From the human T2T-CHM13v2.0 reference genome, Homo sapiens: 64,000 nt of DNA. The notes under the pieces are model-generated. The model searched no databases, had not been told where the DNA came from, and was given only the letters and a program-made list of their open reading frames with translations. The DNA is taken from assembly GCF_009914755.1 (NCBI RefSeq), contig NC_060929.1; one strand, written 5' to 3'. Shown here in pieces: positions 14,239 to 27,846 of this stretch. How positions within the stretch are numbered: position 1 is the stretch's first letter; each line of letters begins with the position of its first letter. The translations under genes were made by a program, and so were the position numbers.

Positions 14239-16365
14239 TCACATGCCGGCATTCATTCTCATGCCGGCATCCATGCTTGCAGCTGTGAAGGGGGCAGGAA
14301 TCAGCGAGGTGACCTGGGCTGAGTCCCGGGAGTGGGAAGATGTGGCAGGAAGGGGATCTGAGGAGGAGAACAGGGGTCCTGGTGGTCTGTGCTTCTTCCC
14401 AGACACGGGAGCTGTAGAGGGGACCTGTGCAGCAGATGCTAGGGGGGCCACTAGGCCCAGGCAGTCTTGGGACTTGGGTCTGTCCTGCTGTGCATCCATA
14501 GTGGGTGCTTTAGAAACGCTAGACCCACCAGAAGCCCCTGTTGCAAGTGAGGACAAAGTGTGGGAAGGCCGTGAGTGTCTGCAGTGCCAGATGGCCTTGT
14601 CCTCAACCTGCAGTGCACTGTTGATGCGGGGCCTAGAGGCCTGGGATCTGGGGGAGCCACCCCTGGGGGCGAGTGTCTGCCCTGGTGCTGTATCTGCGTT
14701 GTTTTCACAGTGGCTGTGACCCGAAGAGACAGCCTGAGGTCCGTCCTCACTCACTGTGTTTGAGGAACTGAGGGCCAGCTGGCAGTGGGATGAGGCTGGT
14801 CCCCTCTTCCGCTTTAGTTCCGGGAGGCCTTCCGTAGAGCTGTAGGAGCTCGAGCTGGCATTTCGTTTGGTGCACGATCTGGTCCGGGAGGTCTGGGATC
14901 TCTGGTTATATCTCACTTCTGACCTCTGGGCACCTGCTGCAGCTGTGGCTGAGGCCCAGAAATATGAGGGGCCTGCATCCATTGCATTGAGTAGTAACCC
15001 CAACATGGGGTTCAATGTGGAGGGGGGAGGGGCTGCTGCGGCAGCTGCAGGAGCCGACGTGCCAGGCCTTGTTCTTCTCATGCCGGCATCCATGCTTGCA
15101 GCTGTGAAGGGGGCAGGAATCAGCGAGGTGTACTGGGCTGAGTCCCGGGAGTGGGAAGATGTGGCAGGAAGGGGATCTGAGGAGGAGAACAGGGGTCCTG
15201 GTGGTCTGTGCTTCTTCCCAGACACAGGAGCTGTGGAGGGGACCTGTGCAGCAGATGCTGGGGGGGCCACTAGGCCCAGGCAGTCTTGGGACTTGGGTCT
15301 GTCCTGCTGTGCATCCATAGTGGGTGCTTTAGAAACGGGAGACCCACCAGAAGCCCCTGTTGCAAGTGAGGAGAAAGTGTGGGAAGGCCGTGAGGGTCTG
15401 CAATCCGAGATGGCCTTGTCCTCAACCTGCAGTGCACTGTTGATCCGCTGTAATGCCGCCTCTTTTTCCAGGTGCAGGTCTTCATCAGTGACCCGGTACC
15501 CCCGCTCTAAGGGAGGTGGCAGCATCAAAGGCTCCCCTCGCCTGCATGGCAGCAGGGGAATCTTGTGTCTATGGGGCCTAGAGGCCTGAGATCTGGGGGA
15601 GCCACCCCTTGGGGCGAGTGTCTGCCCTGGTGCTGTATCTGCCGCCTGTTCACACCGTGTGTGACCCGAAGAGACAGCCTGAAGCCTGTCCTCACTCACT
15701 GTCATTGCGTAACTGAGGGTCAGCTGGCAGTGGGATGAGGCTGGCCCCCTCCTCTGCTTTAGCCCCGGCAAGTCTCCCGTGGAGCTGTAGGAGCTGGAGA
15801 TGGCATTTCGTTTGGTGCACGAGCTCGCCCAGGAGGTCTGGGATGTCTGGTTATATCTGATTTCTGAGCTCTGGGCATTCAGTTCTGTCTGCAGAGGCCC
15901 GGGCCTGGGCACAAAGGGAGAGAGGCCTCCATTGTCCCGCAGGGGCCGAAATGCAGACCATGCATCCCTGGTGACCTCGGGGACCGTTCTCTGATCATCA
16001 GGATTTTCTTGGACTCTAGGGTCCTCGTCCTGCTCAGGCATCCCTGCCCCGCTCTCCTGCCCTGCTGGTCCCCTCCTCCACTTTAGCCCCAGCAAGCCTC
16101 CCACGGAGCTATAGGAGCTGGAGATGGCATTTTGGTTGGTGCACGAGCTCGTCCAGGTATTCTGGGATGTCTGGTTATATCTGATTTCTGACCTCTGGGC
16201 ATGGAGGTATGTCTGCAGAGGCCCGGGCCTGGGCACAAAGGGAGAGAGGACTCCATTGTCCCGCAGGGGCCGAAATGCAGACCGTGCATCCCCGGTGACC
16301 TTGGGGACCCTTCTCTGATCATCAGGATTCTCTTGGACTCTAGGGTCCTTGTCCTGCTCAGGCAT
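14239..16365 (-). CDS. Intronless POM121-like ORF (POM121L1-like family), 708 aa from first ATG; expression unproven
   Basis: Uninterrupted frame 14239-16416 (track starts at TTG; first ATG 16365, MPEQDKDPRVQ). POM121 central-domain motifs SAFRPLRDNG..FVPRPGPL, NAISSSYSS, KIPLLPCRRGEPLMLPPPLERGYRVTDEDL. No N-terminal TM, no FG repeats. Confidence 0.85.
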   Translation of the reverse strand: MPEQDKDPRVQENPDDQRRVPKVTGDARSAFRPLRDNGVLSPFVPRPGPLQTYLHAQRSEIRYNQTSQNTWTSSCTNQNAISSSYSSVGGLLGLKWRRGPAGQESGAGMPEQDEDPRVQENPDDQRTVPEVTRDAWSAFRPLRDNGGLSPFVPRPGPLQTELNAQSSEIRYNQTSQTSWASSCTKRNAISSSYSSTGDLPGLKQRRGPASSHCQLTLSYAMTVSEDRLQAVSSGHTRCEQAADTAPGQTLAPRGGSPRSQASRPHRHKIPLLPCRRGEPLMLPPPLERGYRVTDEDLHLEKEAALQRINSALQVEDKAISDCRPSRPSHTFSSLATGASGGSPVSKAPTMDAQQDRPKSQDCLGLVAPPASAAQVPSTAPVSGKKHRPPGPLFSSSDPLPATSSHSRDSAQYTSLIPAPFTAASMDAGMRRTRPGTSAPAAAAAAPPPSTLNPMLGLLLNAMDAGPSYFWASATAAAGAQRSEVRYNQRSQTSRTRSCTKRNASSSSYSSTEGLPELKRKRGPASSHCQLALSSSNTVSEDGPQAVSSGHSHCENNADTAPGQTLAPRGGSPRSQASRPRINSALQVEDKAIWHCRHSRPSHTLSSLATGASGGSSVSKAPTMDAQQDRPKSQDCLGLVAPLASAAQVPSTAPVSGKKHRPPGPLFSSSDPLPATSSHSRDSAQVTSLIPAPFTAASMDAGMRMNAGM
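14261..15880 (-). repeat. Large in-frame duplication in the POM121-like ORF (offset 819/945 bp)
   Basis: atgccggcatccatgcttgc at 14261 and 15080 (819 bp); ggggcctagagg at 14628 and 15573 (945 bp), so the distal copy has a 126-bp in-frame deletion. Confidence 0.93.
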
Positions 16366-16381
16366 CCCTGCCCCGCTCTCC
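15733..16381 (-). repeat. Tandem in-frame 324-bp (108-aa) duplication in the POM121-like ORF
   Basis: ggcatccctgccccgctctc at 16361 and 16037; ESGAGMPEQD at aa 13 and 121 of the track ORF. Confidence 0.95.
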
Positions 16382-17213
16382 TTGAGGGCCCTCAACACTA
16401 TCTTCCCTGGACACAAGTCTGGGGACAGCCGGGTGTTGTGAACCCCAATGGGGTGACTACCTGCTCCTGGGGCCCCACAGAGTCCTTGTGCTCAGTGTAG
16501 TGGCCGAGCTGGAGGATGCCCTGGAACTCGGAGCACACAGCACTGACTTGCTATGGTGCCTGTGCAGTGAAATTGAAGGCAGAATCACCAGGATGGAACA
16601 CAGGTCTTGCAGGATCACGGAAAACCTTCTTGGAGTTGTCTTGACACCACTGATGTCGAGTGTCTGGGTGCTTGTAGGATGACCTGCCACTCAGTCCAGG
16701 GGCAGGAGCAACGGGGAGATCCCACAAGCAAAGTGAACTGGGGGATGGGTTGAAGGGGCTCCAGGCAACTGAGCCCTACTCGCAGGTCCTCAGCCTTGGC
16801 CCAAACAGGAATGAGGGGCACAGAGTGCCCGGGTAACCGCTCCTGGGAGCAGTGGGGAACCGTCGGATGCTTGAACTCTCGAGAGCTGGGCTCTGAGCGT
16901 CCTTGTCCAGCTGCCAACTCGGCCAAAGGCTAAGCCAGCAGACTCTTCTGTTGCCGGGCAACGCGCCTTCTAAACCTGAGGGAGTGGGCACGTGAGCACA
17001 TAATGGCACCAGTGACAGAGCGACCATAATGGATTAATAAGCACAGCCAGGTACCCGCACAAGGCACTTGCTGGCAATGGCAGGAGGCGGACGTGGGGTG
17101 TCGTGCAATAGGTACTGGAGGGAGAGACGCGGGCACAAAGGTCGCGGGAGGAGCAGGTGCCCACAGTGGCTGCAGATCTGCCCGTGGATCACTGAAGATT
17201 CCTGCTCTCCTGC

Positions 17214-17466
17214 TGAGGCGGAGACTGCAGTGAGCTGAGATCGCACCATTGCACTCCAGCCTGGGCAACAAGTGCAAAACTCAGTCTCCAGATAAAAAAA
17301 AGAAAAAGAAAAAAAAGAGGCTGGGTGTGGTGGCTTATGCCTATAATCCTAGCACTTTGGGAGGTCGGGGTGGACGGATCACGAGATCAGGAGTTGGAGA
17401 CCAGCCTGGCCAACATAGTGAAACCCTGTCTCTAGTAAAAATACAAAATTTAGTCAGACATGGTGG
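17214..17466 (+). mobile_element. Two truncated Alus (3' end of an AluSp/Sq-like copy, then left arm of an AluSg-like copy)
   Basis: gcagtgagctgagatcgcaccattgcactccag+A tail; ggctgggtgtggtggc...aaaatacaaaatttag, cut at acatggtgg. Confidence 0.9.
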
Positions 17467-19568
17467 GCAGGAGAGAGCATGTGCAGGGGAACTCCCATTG
17501 ATAAAACCATCAGATCTCATGAGACTTATTCACTACCATGAGAACAGCATGGGGGAAACTGCCTCCATGATTCAATTATCTCCACCTGGCCCCACCCTTG
17601 ACACATGGGAATTGTTACAATTCCAGATGAGATTTGGGTGGGGACAGAGCCAAACCATATAATTCTTCCCCAGCCCCTCCCAAATCTCATGTCCTCACAT
17701 TTCAAAAGCAATCATGCCTTCCACAAAGTCCCCCAAACTCTTATTTCAGCATTAACTCAAAATTCCATAGTCCAAAGTCTCATCTGAGACAAGGCAAGTC
17801 CCTTCCACCTATGAGCCTGTAAAATCAAAAGCAAGTTATTTTCTAGATACACAGGGATACAGGCATTGGGTAAATACACTCGTTTCAAATGGGAGAAATT
17901 GGCCAAAGCAAAAGAGCTACAGGCCCCATGCAAATCCAAAACCCAGCAGGCAAATCTTAAAGCTCCAAAATGACCTCCTTTGACTCCATGTGTCACATCT
18001 AGGTGATGCAAGAAGTGGGTTCCCAGGGTCTTGGGCAGCCCCGCCCCTGTGGCTTTGCAGGGTACAGCCCCCCTTCTGGCTGCATTGAGTGTCTGCAGCT
18101 TTTCCAGGCACACAGTGCAAGCTGTCAGTGGATCTCCCATTTTGGGGTCTGGAGGATGGTGGCCCTTTTCTCACAGCTCTGCTTGGCAGTACCCCAGTGG
18201 GAACTCTGTGTGGGGGCTCCAACCCCATATTTCCCTTTGACACTGCCCTACCAGAGGTTATCCATGAGGGCCCCCCCTCCCCCCTGCAGCAAACTTTTGC
18301 CTGGATTTCCAGGCATTTTCATACATCTTCTGAAATCTAGGCGGAGGTTCATGAACCTTAATTCTTGACTTTGGAGCATCTGCTGGCTTAACACCACCTA
18401 GAACCTGAAAGGCTTGGAACTTGCACCCTCTGAAGCCATGGCCTGAGGTGTACCTTGGCCCCTTTTACCTATGGCAGGAGCAGCTGGGATGCAGGGCACC
18501 AAGTTCCTAGGCTGCACACAGCAGGGGGTTCTGGACCCACAAAACCATTTTTCCTTCTAAGCCTCCTGGCCTGTGATGGGAGGGTCTGCTGTGAGGGTCT
18601 CTAACATGCCCTGGATACGTTTGCCCCATTGTCTTGGTGATTAACATTTGGCTCCTCATTACTTATGCAAATTTCTACAACCCAGTCTCCTCAGAAAATA
18701 GATTTTTCTTTTCTGTTGCATCATCAGGCTACAAATTTTCTGAACTTTTATGCTCTGCTTCTTCTCGCATGCTTTGCTGCTTAGAAATTTCTTCTGTCAG
18801 ATACCTTAAATCATCTCTGTCAAGTTCAAAGTTCCACAGATCTCTAGGCAACTCTAGAAAAAAATTCTTATTTTCACTCTTTCCCGCCTATCTTATGCCC
18901 GTTTCTAATACAGGTGCACAATGCCTGCAGTGTCTTTGTATAGTAAGAGTGACTTCACTCCATTTCCCAACAAATTCCTCATCTCCATCTGAGACCACCT
19001 CCGCCTGGACCTTATTGTCCATATCACTATGAACATTTTGGTCAAAGCCATTCAACAAGTCTCTAGGAAGTTCCAAACTTTCCCACATTTTCCTATCCTC
19101 TTCTGAGCCTTCCAACCTGTTCCAGCCTCTCCCTGTTACCCATTTCCAAAGTTGCTTCCACATTTTCGGGTATCTTTACAGCAGCACCCCACTCTACTGG
19201 TATCAACTTATTGTATTAGTCTGTTCTCACACTGCAAGTAAAGACATACCTGAGACTGGGTAATTTATAAAGGAAAGAGGTTGAATTGACTCACAGTTCT
19301 GCATGGCTGGGGAGGCCTCACAATCATGGTGGAAGGCAAGGAGGTGCAAAAGCATGTCTCACATAGTGGCAGGCAGGAGAGAGCATGTGCAGGGGAACTC
19401 CCATTTATAAAACCATCAGATCTCATGAGACTTATTCACTACCACGAGAACAGTATGGGGGGAACCATCCCCATGATTCAGTTATCTGCACCTGGCCCCA
19501 CCCTTGACACGTAGGAATTATTACAATGCAAGGTGAGATTTGGGTGGGGACACATCCAAAGTAAATCA
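17458..19568 (-). mobile_element. THE1D-type MaLR provirus: 5' LTR 19212-19568, internal 17663-19211, truncated 3' LTR 17458-17662
   Basis: Two direct copies of gcaggagagagcatgtgcaggggaactccc...gagatttgggtggggaca flank a ~1.55-kb THE1-int-like sequence. Confidence 0.9.
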
Positions 19569-19839
19569 GTAGGTTTTGACTTCTTGCTTGATTGCTAGGT
19601 TGCATAGAGGACAAACATGGAAATTAATTAAGTACGTTAATATCTGGCTTCAGATCTTAGACAGGATCAGAGGGCCAGCTCAAATTTGCAAGGAGGGGAG
19701 GTAGATCCCACCATTTTATGGGTGAATGGCAAAATCAAACAGAAATTATGTGGGATGGGAGATACTGATGCAGGCATCTTTGGAAACATTCTGCTTAGCT
19801 AATTTTATGCTAGGCTTTAGGTCAAGAAGAAGAGAGAGA

Positions 19840-20023
19840 GCTGACATGCTGTGGTACACACTTATAGTCCCAGCTACTTGGAAACCTGAGGCAGGAGGAT
19901 TGCTTGATCCCAGGAGTTTGAGGTAGTGTGCGATGATCATTCTTGTGAATAGCCACTAGCCACTGAACTCCAGCTTGGGCAACATTGAGACACCCTGTCT
20001 CTTAATTTAAAAAAAAAAAAAAA
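19840..20023 (+). mobile_element. FAM (fossil Alu monomer)
   Basis: Single arm with the 7SL-derived gtgaatagccact segment and A tail. Confidence 0.75.
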
Positions 20024-20691
20024 ACGGAGGGAAGAAAGTGATCAGTTTTTAAGGTAAATATTTTTAATGGGATAATGATATTTTAAGATTAATGTATATT
20101 GTATATCAGTTAACTATAGGTCAATAATTATATAAAACTTAAGGTACGAAAAACATTTATTTTTGCTAACATATCCGTGAGTTGACTGTTCTTGGCTTGG
20201 TGAGGCTGCAAGCTGCAGATGGAGTCTAGGTATGTTTTCTGTGTGTTTGTTCCCCCTTGGATCAGTGGACTACCTGAGAATGTGTTTTTGTCACAGTGAT
20301 AGAATCACAAGGAAACTCCAGTTCTGGAAGTACATTTTAAGCCATTGCTTCTATCATGTCCACTAACATTCAGTCAGCCAAAGCACATACCTTGTCCATG
20401 GCTCACATTGACAGTATAGATAAATATACCTGATCTCTAGCAGGAGGAACTGCATTGTCTTGGGGAAAGGTTGTAGATATAGGGAGGGGTGATGAGTTGG
20501 GAACAATAATGTAGTCTGCCACAAACATATTAAAGTGTAACTGGATATGGTTGATGCAGAATTTTGAACCTTTGTTTTAATTCTGATTTTTACTCTTTTC
20601 CCCCTATCTAGTGCCCTTTTGTAATACAGTAATTCTCATGATTTTTGTCTGAATTGAAATCTTCTATGAGATTAGATTGTCTACAAAAATA

Positions 20692-21600
<909 letters not shown>

Positions 21601-21784
21601 TAATCTTTTTAGGTGCTGTAGATGAGCCATTGGATTAAATTATTACAGTATGTTTCAGACTGCTCTATGTTGAACCCTAGTGAAATGCCTCTCAGACCCT
21701 CATAAGGATCACAATCTCATGTCCTTTGTTTTGTTATTAAATGCCCAGTATGTGTTAGCGATTTAAACAAAATTCAAATATAAT

Positions 21785-22397
<613 letters not shown>

Positions 22398-22916
22398 CAA
22401 GAAGAAAGGAATCCGATTGGTTCTGTGTCTATCTCTTTTGGTATTCTCAGACTTATGTAGTCATCCATATAGAAAGATGATTAGGAAAATAGGACAAGAA
22501 TAGCAGAAATCTACATAAAAATGTAGGAAATTAAAATTAGTTACCAGCATACAAAAAACTACTATATGTTATAATTACATACTATAACTCACCCCTCCTT
22601 GCCAAATATTCTCTCTCTTTTGACTTCAAAATCATGGCTTATATGTACTTTCTCTATTTCCCAGATGCAAATATAATTAATTGACTTTATTTATCTAGGA
22701 AATGTTACTGATATCTTAATTGTAGTCATTGGCTTGAGTGATGGGTTTTGGTAATTCAACTACTATTACTTGAAAGTAGTAGATTTCATAGGATACTGTT
22801 ATAAAATCTTTTTAACCTCTTTTCTGATTTCAGGAGTAATTGGTAATTGTGGTTTACTGGAAAATTCAATGAATAGGGTGTTAAAGGAAGCAATTCATTA
22901 ATAATATATCTAATCT

Positions 22917-23515
<599 letters not shown>

Positions 23516-23623
23516 CAACAGAAGCAAATGAGGGTGCCTGGAAGTGGTCATTGTGGGGCATTCCCATTTGTGTGACCCAGGTCATGTCCCTCCCTAAGCC
23601 CTGGTCTCTCTTGCCTCCTGCAG

Positions 23624-23811
23624 GGCTAGTGAATTACCAGATCTCCGTCAAGTGCAGTAACCAGTTCAAGTTGGAAGTGTATCTTTTGAATGCAGAAAAC
23701 AAGGTCGTGGACAACCAGGCTGGGACCCAGGGCCAGCTGAAGGTGCTGGGTACCAACCTCTGGTGGCCGTACCTGATGCACGAACACCCCGCCTACCTGT
23801 ACTCGTGGGAG
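23624..23811 (+). pseudogene. GUSBP: GUSB exon 5 copy (188 nt, intact AG/GT, open frame)
   Basis: cctgcag|GGCTAGTGAATTAC...TGGGAG|gtaatg; [62 protein letters not shown]. Confidence 0.95.
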
Positions 23812-23955
23812 GTAATGGTGGTTTGGGACTTGCTTAAGGGAGGTCTTTTGCCCCCATCTGGTAGCCCTGGCTTCAGCAGGATCCCAGGATAGGTGAACGG
23901 GCAGGTGTGGTCCTCTGAGCTTTCTGATGTTTCCCACCCTTGGTGGGAGGCCCAG

Positions 23956-24592
<637 letters not shown>

Positions 24593-24725
24593 TCAAGGAG
24601 AAGGCCCGATTTTGAAGGGCAGGTCCCAGGGTCAGCCAGTGAAGGGCAGAGCCTCTGATTGCTGCTTCTCTGCAGGCCCAGAGGTGACTGCTGGGGTGCA
24701 TGCACGAGGGGTCTTCCTGCTGTAG

Positions 24726-24989
<264 letters not shown>

Positions 24990-25179
24990 TAGCCTTCCCT
25001 GTGTCCTGCAGTTGAGGGCAGCTCAAGGCAATGAGGCAAATGGCTCCAAACCACCCCATGGTGGAGCCGGTGCTTGGGCTGGAGAGGGGACCTCATGGGG
25101 TGGTTCTCCAGGGTCCTGGCTCTCAGAGGAAGTGCCGCTTCGACAGGGACAGGGGTCACTCGGCTCTGCTGTCCCCTAG

Positions 25180-25358
25180 ATCCAAGGGAAGGGCTTCAAC
25201 TGTCCGCTGCTGGTGAAGGACTTCAACCTGCTTTGCTGGCTTGGCGCCAACACCTTCTGCACCAGCCACTATCCCTACACGGAGGAGATGCTGCAGATAT
25301 GTTACCGGTATGGGATTGTGGTCATCGATGAGTGTCCTGCTGTGGGCCTGATGCTGCC
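25180..25358 (+). pseudogene. GUSBP: GUSB exon 7 copy (179 nt; donor GT>AT)
   Basis: cccctag|ATCCAAGGG...CTGCC|atgagt; [59 protein letters not shown]. Confidence 0.93.
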
Positions 25359-25442
25359 ATGAGTCTCTGCTGTGCACCCGCTCTGCCTGGCCAGCCCTCG
25401 GGCCACACCGTGACCCTCTGTCCCTTCCCTCCTGGCCCGCTG

Positions 25443-25589
25443 GCAACTCTTCAACAACGTGTCTATGCATCACCGTATGTGGGTGGTGGAGGAACCGGTG
25501 CTCAGAGACAAGAACCACCCCGCCATGGTGATGTGGTCCTTGGCCAAAGAGCCTGCGTCCTTCCTGGAATCTGCCGGCTACTCCTTCAA
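25443..25589 (+). pseudogene. GUSBP: GUSB exon 8 copy (147 nt; acceptor AG>TG)
   Basis: cccgctg|GCAACTCTTC...TTCAA|gtgagt; [48 protein letters not shown]; the acid/base motif NEP reads KEP. Confidence 0.92.
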
Positions 25590-25761
25590 GTGAGTGCCCG
25601 CTGCCTGCCCTGGGCTGGATCAGGCAGGAGACCCTGGCAGATGGCAGACTGTGGTGGACGTGTGCTATCCGAGATCAGCATCCTGTCCCAGCCCAATGGG
25701 AGGGCCGTCCATACCCAGACAGTTCAGGGAACTAAATATCTACCCACCCAAATTGTAGTTT

Positions 25762-27846
<2,085 letters not shown>

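Noticed and set aside
14243-15589. Plus-strand ORFs of 158 and 240 aa
   Set aside because: Antisense shadows of a GC-rich repeated ORF; no independent homology
14239-16416. Repeat array as CRISPR-like or a prokaryotic system
   Set aside because: Repeats are long in-frame coding duplications without spacers; the window is primate DNA with no cas-like ORFs
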